Of a stretch of DNA of 64,000 nucleotides, positions 28,476-37,532 are shown piece after piece (the first letter of the stretch is position 1; each line of letters starts with the position of its first letter). The stretch covers positions 244,241-308,240 of the forward strand of contig JACKGC010000001.1 of NCBI GenBank assembly GCA_020632135.1. Direction: 5' to 3'. The DNA comes from Candidatus Nomurabacteria bacterium (GTDB lineage: Bacteria; Patescibacteriota; Minisyncoccia; Phycocordibacterales; UBA918). The translations under genes and the position numbers were made by a program. A model generated the notes under the pieces. That model was given only the letters and a program-made list of their open reading frames with translations, did not search any database and was not told the DNA's origin.

Positions 28476-28835
28476 ATGAAGATGCCAGAAAACACTGACA
28501 TGCAACCACCCGTCCATGACGAATCACGACTTCTCAGTGGTCCGCTCCTCCTGGTACTGGCACTACTCCTCGTGGCGATCTTAGCTGGACTCTACTATTG
28601 GTTTACCACACTGGAATCAAACACTCAGCCACTACCAACGATCGAGCGTCCGACCCGCGAAGCGAACAACGAACCTGAGAGCACTACTGCCGAGGCTCAA
28701 GCAGACACCATGATGGCTACCAGCCCATCAGACGAACTCTCTGCCATCGAAGCAGACATCGAAGCCACCGATCTTGAAAGTCTCGATGCTGAACTCAATG
28801 CCATTGAAGCTGAGTTTGACGCTGCCGTCGAATAG
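28476..28835 (+). CDS. Small membrane-anchored acidic protein
   Basis: MKMPENTD... with RBS aaggtga. One TM helix LLLVLALLLVAILAGLYYWF. The ORF is open from 28413. Confidence 0.45.
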   Translation: MKMPENTDMQPPVHDESRLLSGPLLLVLALLLVAILAGLYYWFTTLESNTQPLPTIERPTREANNEPESTTAEAQADTMMATSPSDELSAIEADIEATDLESLDAELNAIEAEFDAAVE

Positions 28836-28845
28836 CACACAAAGG

Positions 28846-28879
28846 GACCGGCCGGCGCCTTTGGCGCCGGCCGGTTTTT
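28846..28879 (+). terminator. Rho-independent-type terminator
   Basis: gggaccggccggcgcc-tttg-gcgccggccggttttt. Confidence 0.6.
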
Positions 28880-28919
28880 GGTTGCATTTTTCGCTAAGGT
28901 GCGTACACTAGCGGGCACT

Positions 28920-30071
28920 ATGTCTAAATCACATTCTCACGCACACGCAGTAGATTTTAAAACCGCGTTCACAATTGAAAAGCTGGATGGTTCACAGGTA
29001 AAAATCACCGGTGAACTGCCTTACGTAGAACTTGCAAGCGAGCGTAATGCAGCCGTCGTCGCCCTCGGCAAGAACGTCGAGCTTGATGGCTTCCGCAAAG
29101 GCCATGTCCCTACCCCCGTGCTTGAAAAGCACCTCGGAGAAATGACCATTCTCGCTGAAATGGCCGAACGAGCTATCGCACACGCGTACCCGCATATTGT
29201 TGAAGAACACCAGATCGAAGCTATTGGCCAGCCGCAGATCGAAGTCACCAAAATTGCTCCCAACAATCCACTTGGACTTACCATCACCGTCTCGGTCGTA
29301 CCAGAATTCACCCTGCCTGACTACGAACAGATCGCAAAAGATATAAATAAAGAACGTCCGAGCGATGAGGTGACCGATGCAGAACTGATCGCCAAGATCG
29401 AAGAGATCCAAAAGCAGAAGCGTGCCTACGAGCGCATGCAGGAACTTGCACAACAGCAGTCAGAAGAACCGAAGGACGACACAGACCTCCCGACTCCTGA
29501 GTCAGAAGCAGCGAAGGCTACGGAAAAAGAAGCTGAGGGAGCACCACTGCCAGAACTCACCGATGAATACGTGGAGACACTCGGCCAGCCCGGGCAATTC
29601 AAGACCGTTGACGATTTCAAAACCAAGCTTCGCGAACATCTTGAGATTCAGAAGAAGCAAGACAACGCCGCACAGCACCGTGCCAACATCACCGACGCGA
29701 TCATTGAGAAGACCGACATGATCCTGCCACAGATCCTCATCGACTCTGAGATCAATCAGATGTTTGCGCAAATGGAGGAAGACATCAAGCGTGCCGAGCT
29801 GAAGATGGATGATTACCTCGCACACATCAAGAAGACCCGTGAGGACTTGAAGAAGGAGTGGGTTCCTGCCGCTGAAAAGCGTGCCAAGCTTCAGCTCATT
29901 CTCAACGAGATCGCCAAGCAAGCTGAGATCGTCCCGGATGCTGACGAAGTGAAGAAGCAAACCACTGAACTTATGGAACGCTTCAAGGATGCAGACGAAC
30001 ACCGTGTACGCCTATACGTCGCATCAGTCCTTCTCAATGAAGCGGTGATGAAGAGCCTCGAGGAGAAGTAA
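28920..30071 (+). CDS. tig: Trigger factor lacking the PPIase (FKBP) domain
   Basis: GFRKGHVP ribosome-binding signature. N- and C-domains are recognisable, but the PPIase position holds a ~40-aa acidic linker (QQQSEEPKDDTDLPTPESEAAKATEKEAEG). Confidence 0.82.
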   Translation: MSKSHSHAHAVDFKTAFTIEKLDGSQVKITGELPYVELASERNAAVVALGKNVELDGFRKGHVPTPVLEKHLGEMTILAEMAERAIAHAYPHIVEEHQIEAIGQPQIEVTKIAPNNPLGLTITVSVVPEFTLPDYEQIAKDINKERPSDEVTDAELIAKIEEIQKQKRAYERMQELAQQQSEEPKDDTDLPTPESEAAKATEKEAEGAPLPELTDEYVETLGQPGQFKTVDDFKTKLREHLEIQKKQDNAAQHRANITDAIIEKTDMILPQILIDSEINQMFAQMEEDIKRAELKMDDYLAHIKKTREDLKKEWVPAAEKRAKLQLILNEIAKQAEIVPDADEVKKQTTELMERFKDADEHRVRLYVASVLLNEAVMKSLEEK

Positions 30072-30087
30072 TATAGAGATGGAGAAA

Positions 30088-30122
30088 AAGCCGGCGGGGC
30101 GCGAAGCGCCCCGCCGGCTTTT
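30088..30122 (+). terminator. Terminator after tig
   Basis: aaaaagccggcggggcgc-gaa-gcgccccgccggctttt. Confidence 0.65.
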
Positions 30123-30182
30123 CAATTCTAGATTTAGTGCTATTAATACTAGTAGCTCTTAATCGGCTAACCTCATTTGCTT

Positions 30183-30677
30183 ATGGATATAAAAGAACAC
30201 ACCACACCAGAGCAACTTGAACGCTATGCGTTCGTCTGGTCACTGGCTCGTTTGGTTATTGCTGCTGTTTCACTCTTCTTCGGTGCCATGCCAATTGCGT
30301 ACAAACTTGGCATTTCCTACGGTTTGTTGTCAGTCTTTTGGCTTGTTTCGGGAATTGCAGCCATCTACCTACTCTATGTATGGCACCAAAATGATCGGTC
30401 GCTCTTTGGACGTGACAACCAACTCGATAAATGGCTGTTTCTCATTATGGCCATTACTGGTATCAATCTTGGCCTCGTGACCGTAACCGATTCGAATATT
30501 GGCTTCTCCATTGCCTGGAACTTGGGACCAACCATGGCAATGCTCCTCATGAAAGCCACTGCTCTCTTGTATCTCTTTGTGGCCTACCACCTCTGGCACA
30601 CCTGGAAAGCTAACGGCGAATCACTCTTCACTGAAACACCAACTCCAGTAAAGGGTCCTACAGCAACACCACACTAG
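30183..30677 (+). CDS. Integral membrane protein (4-5 TM), function unknown
   Basis: MDIKEHTTPEQLERYAFVW... followed by hydrophobic helices. Terminator follows at 30694-30728. Confidence 0.5.
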   Translation: MDIKEHTTPEQLERYAFVWSLARLVIAAVSLFFGAMPIAYKLGISYGLLSVFWLVSGIAAIYLLYVWHQNDRSLFGRDNQLDKWLFLIMAITGINLGLVTVTDSNIGFSIAWNLGPTMAMLLMKATALLYLFVAYHLWHTWKANGESLFTETPTPVKGPTATPH

Positions 30678-30693
30678 TAGCACCAGTGCGTTT

Positions 30694-30728
30694 GAAAACG
30701 GGCGGGGCCTTCGGCCCCGCCCGTTTTC
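30694..30728 (+). terminator. Terminator; identical 35-mer recurs at 33900-33934
   Basis: gaaaacgggcggggcc-ttcg-gccccgcccgttttc. Confidence 0.65.
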
Positions 30729-30785
30729 ATTTTCAATAATTCTGCTACTATGGCGAAGTACTAATCATTGCATTTTGAAACCATT

Positions 30786-31394
30786 ATGAAAAAAGACACC
30801 CCGCACACATCGCCTGAATCAACTCTGGTCCCGATGGTCATCGAGAAGACCGTTGGTGGCGAACGTGCCTTCGATATCTATTCTCGTCTCTTGAAGGAGC
30901 GCATTATCTTCATCACCGGCCCGATTGAGGACTACATGGCCAACCTTATTGTGGCTCAGCTGCTTTTTCTTGAAGCGGAAGACCCCAAGAAAGACATCTA
31001 CCTCTACGTTAATTCGCCAGGCGGCAGCGTCACAGCCGGCCTCTCGATCATCGATACTATGCACCACATCAAGCCTGATGTTGCGACCGTCTGTGTCGGC
31101 ATGGCTGCTTCAATGGGCTCGCTTATCCTCTCGCAGGGTGCGAAGGGCAAGCGCTTTATCTTGCCAAACGCCGAGGTGATGATCCACCAGCCATCCGGCG
31201 GCGCCTACGGCCAGGCCACCGATATTGATATCACTGCCAAGCATATCCTCAAGACTCGCGACCGCCTCAACAAAATGCTTGCCAAGGCCACTGGCCAAAA
31301 GCTCACCAAGGTCCAGCAAGACGTCGACCGCGACTTCTTTATGGACGCAGATGAGGCGAAGGCCTACGGTATCGTTGATAAAGTGTACTCTTAA
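30786..31394 (+). CDS. clpP: ATP-dependent Clp protease proteolytic subunit
   Basis: [25 protein letters not shown] (active-site Ser) and MIHQPSGG motifs. Confidence 0.95.
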   Translation: MKKDTPHTSPESTLVPMVIEKTVGGERAFDIYSRLLKERIIFITGPIEDYMANLIVAQLLFLEAEDPKKDIYLYVNSPGGSVTAGLSIIDTMHHIKPDVATVCVGMAASMGSLILSQGAKGKRFILPNAEVMIHQPSGGAYGQATDIDITAKHILKTRDRLNKMLAKATGQKLTKVQQDVDRDFFMDADEAKAYGIVDKVYS

Positions 31395-31549
31395 GACACT
31401 CTATCAGGATCTTAAAAAGCGCGACCGTTCCGGTCGCGCCTTTTTCGTATAATGTACCACTATTGCTGCCACAACTTTCGTACCGATCGATCACTGAGGC
31501 GATAATTCGGCTGGATCGAGCCCTTTGGCGCTACATCTTCGATCTGCCC

Positions 31550-31789
31550 CTACTTGACCAGCTGCTCAAACTCCGCTTGCTCAAGTGCGCTCAGGCTACC
31601 TTTTTTCTGTCGCTTGATCAGGCTGGTTGCATAGCGATTTCGTTCCCACTCGGTAAGTTTCGTGCGCCAAATTGCAGCTGCAGCCAACAGCAATACAGAC
31701 CCAACGGCAACACATAGAATGACCACTCCCGCTTGCATGACGGTACTCATCGGCAAAGAACTCCTCTGTAATTTCTCTGACAGTACCAT
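31550..31789 (-). CDS. Small membrane protein, function unknown
   Basis: RBS ggggagagg before MVLSEKLQ. One TM helix VVILCVAVGSVLLLAAAAIW. Confidence 0.35.
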   Translation of the reverse strand: MVLSEKLQRSSLPMSTVMQAGVVILCVAVGSVLLLAAAAIWRTKLTEWERNRYATSLIKRQKKGSLSALEQAEFEQLVK

Positions 31790-31884
31790 CCTCTCCCCTG
31801 TTTTACAAACCTCAAAATCTCCTGTACAGTGCAAACGTACAGACACGAGCTTGTAGAAGCATTTATTGAAATAAGGGAGAACAC

Positions 31885-33417
31885 ATGCCACCACCAATTG
31901 TCTTTGCGGTGTTGCTGGTTGGGGCTTTGTTACTCGGGATCATTGCTGGCTATGTCGTGCGTTACCTGCACGCACAATCAAAGACGAATTCGATTGAGCT
32001 ACGACTAAGGGAGAAAGAGATCACAGCGGAAAAGAAGGCTCTATCAATCGTTGAAGAAGCGGAAAAGAAAGCGGAAAAGATCGAGAACGAAGCCAAAGCA
32101 GAGCGAAAGCACCTGGAAGAGAAGCTAGAACAAAAAGAAGAGCGCCTCGATAAACGAGAGGAGGTGCTGGATGAACGACAGATTGACCTTGAGTCACAAA
32201 AAGAAGACGTCCGTGAGAAGATCGAGCAAGTAAAAGCGATCAAAGTCCAGCTTGATGAGCGAAAGAACGAAATCGAGCAAAAGATCGAGGAGGCGGCCGG
32301 ACTTTCAAGAGATGAAGCGTATGGGCAGCTGATTGCGAAGGTGGAAGTGGAACGTGAAGAAGATCTGCGCGCCCGACTCGAAAAGATCAATCGTCTTGGT
32401 GAAGAGCGGTATGAAGCGAAAGCGCAGAATATTCTACTTGCAGCCATTCATCGGCTTGGCAACACCATGGCGCCGAGCTTAATGACCGCTCACGTAGAGA
32501 TTCCGAGTGATGACCTCAAAGGAAAAGTCATCGGTAAAGAAGGACGCAACGTCCGGGCCTTTGAACGTGCCACCGGCGTTGATGTACTTATCGATGAATC
32601 ACCGGGCTACATCGTTCTCTCCAGTTTTGATCCGATCCGGCGCGAGATCGCTCGCGTAGCGCTCGAGAGCTTACTTAAAGACGGCCGTATCCAGCCGGCC
32701 AAAATTGAAGAATCGGTTGAAAAAGCGCGCAGTGAAGTAGCGAAGGTAGTGAAAGCGATGGGTGAAAAAGCGTGCTACGACGCCAACGTACCAAACCTCC
32801 ACCCCGACCTGGTCACTATCCTAGGCCGCCTGCACTTCCGCACCAGCTACGGACAGAATGTGCTGTGGCATTCAGTTGAGATGGCACACATTGCGAGCAT
32901 CATTGCTGAAGAGGTGGGTGCCGACCCAGCCATCGCACGCGCTGGCGCGCTCCTGCATGACATCGGCAAGACGGTGAGTCACGAAGTGGCCGGCACCCAC
33001 GTCGAGATCGGTATTCGTATCCTTGAGAAGTACGGTGTTGATGACCGGGTCATTCTTGCAATGCGGGCGCACCATGAAGAATACCCATATGAAACGCCTG
33101 AGAGCATCATTGTGCAAGTGGCCGACTCCATTTCAGGTGGCCGCCCGGGTGCACGCCGAGACTCTCTTGAAAACTACATCAAGCGCCTCTCCGACCTCGA
33201 GCACATTGCGACGAGCCTGGCTGGCGTTGAAAAAGCCTTTGCTATTGCAGCGGGGCGCGAGATCCGTGTCTTAGTGAATCCGACCACACTCAATGACTTC
33301 GAAACGAACGACCTCGCACGTACCATTGCCACCAACATCGAAGCACAGCTGCGCTATCCTGGTGAGATAAAAGTCCACGTTATTCGTGAGACAAGAGTAG
33401 TGAGTTACGCTCGGTAG
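31885..33417 (+). CDS. rny: Ribonuclease Y
   Basis: N-terminal TM, long Glu/Lys coiled coil, KH (GKVIGKEGRNVRAFE) and HD domain (LLHDIGK). Confidence 0.93.
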   Translation: MPPPIVFAVLLVGALLLGIIAGYVVRYLHAQSKTNSIELRLREKEITAEKKALSIVEEAEKKAEKIENEAKAERKHLEEKLEQKEERLDKREEVLDERQIDLESQKEDVREKIEQVKAIKVQLDERKNEIEQKIEEAAGLSRDEAYGQLIAKVEVEREEDLRARLEKINRLGEERYEAKAQNILLAAIHRLGNTMAPSLMTAHVEIPSDDLKGKVIGKEGRNVRAFERATGVDVLIDESPGYIVLSSFDPIRREIARVALESLLKDGRIQPAKIEESVEKARSEVAKVVKAMGEKACYDANVPNLHPDLVTILGRLHFRTSYGQNVLWHSVEMAHIASIIAEEVGADPAIARAGALLHDIGKTVSHEVAGTHVEIGIRILEKYGVDDRVILAMRAHHEEYPYETPESIIVQVADSISGGRPGARRDSLENYIKRLSDLEHIATSLAGVEKAFAIAAGREIRVLVNPTTLNDFETNDLARTIATNIEAQLRYPGEIKVHVIRETRVVSYAR

Positions 33418-33614
33418 GAGTAAAAATGGCCGGCACCCGAAGGGTGCCGGCCATTTTCTTTTCCAAGCAAAAATCATTACGACACAAAATTATCCCTTGT
33501 GTAGTCGTTGCAGGTAAAAGGTGTTGCTATATAATGATTTGCAAGCCAATTACGGCACGTGCTTGAGTAATTACTCACCACAAACTTTACCCATTCAATA
33601 GAAAAATCTGATCT

Positions 33615-33887
33615 ATGAATAAAGCAGACATCATCAGCAAAGTGCACGAGGTTCTCGACACTACCAAAGCTGACGCAGAACGCGCCGTCGACGCAGTGTT
33701 CGACAGCATCGAAGCAGCCATGAAGGATGGTAGCCAGGTATCAGTCGCAGGATTTGGTATCTTTGAAGCTAAGATGCGTGCCGCTCGTGAGGCTCGTAAT
33801 CCACGCACTGGTGAAACCGTTAAGGTACCTGCAATGCGTGTACCAAAATTCCGTGCTGCTAAGGCTCTCAAGGACGCAGTTAAGTAA
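33615..33887 (+). CDS. hup: HU family DNA-binding protein
   Basis: MNKADIISKV...VAGFGIFEAKMRAAREARNPRTGETVKVPA is typical of HU/IHF. Confidence 0.93.
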   Translation: MNKADIISKVHEVLDTTKADAERAVDAVFDSIEAAMKDGSQVSVAGFGIFEAKMRAAREARNPRTGETVKVPAMRVPKFRAAKALKDAVK

Positions 33888-33899
33888 TTCTCTCCACCT

Positions 33900-33934
33900 G
33901 AAAACGGGCGGGGCCTTCGGCCCCGCCCGTTTTC
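33900..33934 (+). terminator. Terminator after HU (identical to 30694-30728)
   Basis: gaaaacgggcggggcc-ttcg-gccccgcccgttttc. Confidence 0.65.
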
Positions 33935-34246
33935 TAATAACCTCAAATCAATAAACGCCAGTGGGTGTGTTTTATTCACTTGTTGCAACTGTGGTATACT
34001 GTTCATGTAGCGGAGGTAATACGCTATGAACGGAAATACGAAGAGTATTCCTTTGCTATTTCCCACCACAACAAAAGCCCCGACGGGGGCTTTTGTCTTG
34101 CTTGCGCAATTCCCCAAACCTGCTACCATGCGAGCACATGATTAACACCCTTGCCATCACCATGATGATGGAGCACGACTAGCGCGGGCGTGTTTATCTG
34201 TATTACAGTTACCAACACCCCGCCATGGGGCCTTTTTATTTTCAAC

Positions 34247-35062
34247 ATGTTTGCAACAATCATCAACGACTGTCGTGACGACAATGCGCGCGCTCGCCAA
34301 ACGAGCCGGCTTGCGTCGCTCCTTTCAGTCAACGTTTCTTTTATCGGCGTCGAGTCAGACCTCGAAGCCGGTATGCAACTCATCGACATCCTTGATGCGA
34401 CCGAGGGTCGCCCTGGCGTGATCCTCGTCAATGTTGCTCCCCGCGGAGGTCATACAACTAAGTGGGAAAATGGCACGCCGTTTGCCTACTTCCACTACCG
34501 AGAAACGTTGGTTATCTCAACCGTCGACGGCTTTGCGCTTGCAGGCGTTAAAAAGCTCGGCCTCATCAGTGAAGTAAACCTGCTCGATACGCATACCGCC
34601 TCAGAAGCAATGCAACAAGCAGGTTTCATCGTTGACGATGCAGCAGCACGTATTCCAAACTCACAGTTTCGCAGCTTTGATTTCTCACCACGAGTGGCGG
34701 CCTTTCTCCTCGACGGCCACGAGGTACCACATACCACCTACTCACTTAACGAGACTCCAGACCTCCCTCCAGCCGTCTGGCACATCGACAACTTTGGCAA
34801 TTGCAAAACCACACTCACCGTTAGCGATCTTTCTGGCCGCACTGAGCTTACCACTCGCTTTGGTACCCTACCCCTCATTACGCACTTGCGTGATGTCCCA
34901 GATTCTACCCCCGCCGTTACCGAAGGCAGCTCTGGCCTTGGCGATACTCGCTGGCTTGAGCTCGTTTGCCAACGCTGTCCATTTGCGAAGAGTCATACTG
35001 TAGCTATAGATGACGATATCTTCACAGAGAGATCGTATCTTCTCACTGCAACGAGTTTGTAA
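34247..35062 (+). CDS. Hypothetical protein (weak resemblance to SAM hydroxide adenosyltransferase/DUF62 layout)
   Basis: Start taken at MFATIINDCRDDNARARQ. The pattern ...GVILVNVAPRGG...VISTVDGFALAG only loosely recalls DUF62 and is not conclusive. Confidence 0.45.
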   Translation: MFATIINDCRDDNARARQTSRLASLLSVNVSFIGVESDLEAGMQLIDILDATEGRPGVILVNVAPRGGHTTKWENGTPFAYFHYRETLVISTVDGFALAGVKKLGLISEVNLLDTHTASEAMQQAGFIVDDAAARIPNSQFRSFDFSPRVAAFLLDGHEVPHTTYSLNETPDLPPAVWHIDNFGNCKTTLTVSDLSGRTELTTRFGTLPLITHLRDVPDSTPAVTEGSSGLGDTRWLELVCQRCPFAKSHTVAIDDDIFTERSYLLTATSL

Positions 35063-35109
35063 GTGTTACAGAAAAGGCCGGCCCCTTCGGGGCCGGCCTT
35101 TTCTGTTTC

Positions 35110-35511
35110 CTACGTCAAATCCATAAACGGATTGTATGCCACCTCCCACAGGTGACCATTGGGGTCAACAAAGTACCCTGAATAGCCGCCCCAGAACACT
35201 TCCTCTGGTTCTTTTTTGATCTCTACTCCCCGCTCCCGCAGCTCAGCAAACAGCACATCAACAGCCTCTCGGCTCGGTTCATTATGCGCCAGGGTCACTC
35301 CCCGAAAGCCACTCCCTTCCGGCGCGACTTGCGCATCGACTGCCAGCGCCTCCCAGCCAAAAAGTCCAAGCCAAGCACCGCCCATATCGTAGAACGCCAC
35401 TGACTCATTGGTCTCAGCCGCTGGCACAAGCCCGAGCACATCCTCATAAAACAACCGCGCAGCTGCAAGGTCAGCCACCCCGAGGGTTACTAGTGATAGT
35501 TTTTGTTTCAT
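35110..35511 (-). CDS. VOC (glyoxalase/bleomycin-resistance/dioxygenase) family protein
   Basis: LSLVTLGVADLAAARLFYEDVLGL...GGYSGYFVDPNGHLWEV. Confidence 0.85.
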   Translation of the reverse strand: MKQKLSLVTLGVADLAAARLFYEDVLGLVPAAETNESVAFYDMGGAWLGLFGWEALAVDAQVAPEGSGFRGVTLAHNEPSREAVDVLFAELRERGVEIKKEPEEVFWGGYSGYFVDPNGHLWEVAYNPFMDLT

Positions 35512-35590
35512 ATGTACAGTGTAGCAAGGATGAGTTGTAATATCAGCCTGCTGTGCTAGAATCGTTTCACTTTGAGCTGATATTCAAAGT

Positions 35591-35615
35591 GCAGGTGTAT
35601 CTTCGATACAACTGC
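35591..35615 (+). repeat. Acceptor-stem-like hairpin unit G1 (gcaggtgta-tcttcga-tacaactgc)
   Basis: Read directly. Related to units at 35705-35730 and 54136-54183. Confidence 0.5.
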
Positions 35616-35704
35616 TCATTCGCCGGAGATGGCTCCGTGCGTATGCACGCAAAGCGTGCAGCGGAAGATTATAAAACGGAGTTTTGCGAGCACTCCAACA
35701 TTTC

Positions 35705-35730
35705 GCGGGTGTATCTGTCGATACAACCGC
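35705..35730 (+). repeat. Acceptor-stem-like hairpin unit G2 (gcgggtgta-tctgtcga-tacaaccgc)
   Basis: The first 9 nt are identical to the 5' end of tRNA-Gly(UCC), which starts 52 nt downstream. Confidence 0.5.
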
Positions 35731-35781
35731 TTCGCTCGTAAGGCTACTGCTCAAGCAAGCTTGGCAGTATCTTACTCGCTC

Positions 35782-35852
35782 GCGGGTGTAGTTTAGTGGT
35801 AAAACGACTGCCTTCCAAGCAGTAGTCGGGGGTTCGATTCCTCTCACCCGCA
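35782..35852 (+). tRNA. tRNA-Gly (anticodon UCC), no encoded CCA
   Basis: Cloverleaf by eye: gcgggtg/cacccgc acceptor, anticodon loop cTTCCaa, T-arm ggggg-ttcgatt-cctct. Confidence 0.9.
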
Positions 35853-35980
35853 CAAAATTTAACTTCGTCAGAATTAAGGCGAGATGACCGCCGCCGCGAA
35901 GCGGCGGCGGGAGGTAGAAAACCCCGTCGCGTAGCGACGAAATGGCTGGGCGAGGGCACGGAAAAGTGGGCGGTTTTGTT
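35850..35980 (+). repeat. 131-bp inverted repeat, left copy (IR-a)
   Basis: Reverse complement of 37402-37532 with 3 mismatches. GC-rich, contains the ccgccgccgc-gaa-gcggcggcgg hairpin. Confidence 0.9.
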
Positions 35981-37365
35981 ACGAACCGAATGGTTCGTTC
36001 CGATTTTTTGGACGAAGTCGGCAATTTCGGAGAAATTGTCAGACGAGGACAAAAAAGCAGCTTGTTTCGTATCCAAAACCCACTCCCGCAAGGGTTCGAC
36101 CCAAGTATTTCCCCGACGTTCAAAATCTTTCTTCTTCTCGTTCAAAGTGGCGAGAGAGCGCATAGTGATGTCTTTTTTCTTAAGATAAATCTCCTTTGGT
36201 ATATCGCCGTCCAAATACGCAGACACCAGTTTTTCCATGCGCTCCTCGTCCGCTTTGATTCTATCGGAAAGATTTTGAACATCACTTTGCGATGAGTTAG
36301 TTTCTTCGTGCTCCCATTCGTCAATTTTCGCCAACATCCAATCAGCATACTCATCGCAAAGTGATGTTGTTTGAAGCCGATCCTTGATTTGTGCAACAAG
36401 GTCTTTTCTTGCACATAGCCTTGCGAGCAAGCGCCGTGCTTTTTGGTACAACGGTAATAGCGATAGATACCGCCATTGCCTTTCGCATGTTGCGCCGTGA
36501 ACATACCACCACACTCACCACAACGGAACAGACCTAAAAATGGAAAATCATGGCGATTTCTTCGCTTCGGCGCACGCGCCTTGCTCGCAAGAACTTTTTG
36601 CACGGCTTCAAACAATGTCGGGGGAAATAATTGGTTCAAATGTGCCGTCAAACCATTCTCCGTTATGGCGCACAAAACCGAGATATGCTCGGTTGCTCAA
36701 CATATGTTTGACGGCACATTTGGCAAGTGGCTTTCCTTTCGAACTGGTAACGCCTAAATCCGCCAAAAACTGCGACAGAGAAACCAGTCCATGAGTACCT
36801 TTCACATACTCCTCAAAAGCGCGCTGCACAATCTTCGCATTCACCTCATGTGGTTCTATCTGCCGAGTGCGTGGATTGTTCACATACCCAAATGGCGCTT
36901 TGGTGAGCCACTCGCCACGTCGCAGTTTTTGGCGGATGCCTCTTTTTACATTCTGCACCAGATTGTCTGAATAGTATTTACTTTGCCCAAAAGCCACTTG
37001 CAACATAAAGAGCCCTTGCGGAGTGGGTTCAAACCAAAGGTCGGAAAGCGCAAAGACACAATTCTCTCGGTGTCTACTGCGTAAATGACGCGCCCGCCGT
37101 CAATGCTATTTCTTGCCAAACGGTCGGGGTGCCACGACAAAATCCCGCTTGCTTCTCCCACCTCAATGCGCGTCATCATTTCATTAAAAATCGGACGACC
37201 GGGTGTCTTTGCGCTTTTCGACTCTTGAAACTCCGCTAGGATTTCAAGATTTTCTTTACGCGCAAACTCTCGCAATTCAAAAAGTTGTGCCTCAATGGAC
37301 ATGACTTGTTTATCATCATCTTCAGTACTCTTGCGAGCGTAGAGAAAATATTTTGGTTTGTTCAT
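35981..37365 (-). pseudogene. Large serine recombinase, disrupted by at least 3 frameshifts (3' end uncertain)
   Basis: Four overlapping frames give MNKPKYFLYARKSTEDDDKQVMSIEAQ (catalytic Ser domain), a recombinase domain (GYVNNPRTRQIEPHE), a zinc ribbon (RCGECGG...YYRCTKK) and a coiled-coil tail. Confidence 0.8.
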
Positions 37366-37401
37366 AATTTTGAAAAAATTATTTTTGGATACGAAACAAG
37401 A

Positions 37402-37532
37402 AACAAATCCGCCCACTTTTCCGTGCCCTCGCCCAGCCATTTCGTCGCTACGCGACGGGGTTTTCTACCTCCCGCCGCCGCGTCGCGGCGGCGGTCATCT
37501 CGCCATAATTCTGACGAAGTTAAATTTTGTGC
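37402..37532 (-). repeat. 131-bp inverted repeat, right copy (IR-a')
   Basis: Pairs with 35850-35980. Its outer 5 nt (tgtgc) are shared with the start of the 570-bp repeat. Confidence 0.9.

Noticed and set aside
31962-32447. Ser/Arg-rich 161-aa ORF antisense to rny, with similar antisense ORFs in nusA (25103-25540, 26078-26491) and the DUF5667 gene (50635-51363)
   Set aside because: Low-complexity mirror images of Glu/Lys- or Asp/Glu-rich coding regions on the opposite strand, with no start context.
30694-33934. Identical 35-nt sequence at 30694-30728 and 33900-33934 as a possible mobile repeat
   Set aside because: Both copies are ordinary intrinsic terminators at gene ends. Many terminators in this window share the ggccggcc / ttcg design, so this is most simply a reused terminator hairpin.
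35744-36514. 256-aa ORF extending through tRNA-Gly(UCC) as the true C-terminus of the recombinase
   Set aside because: The frame stays open only because it runs antisense through the inverted repeat and the tRNA. The real stop of the decayed recombinase gene cannot be placed, so the 3' end is reported as uncertain.
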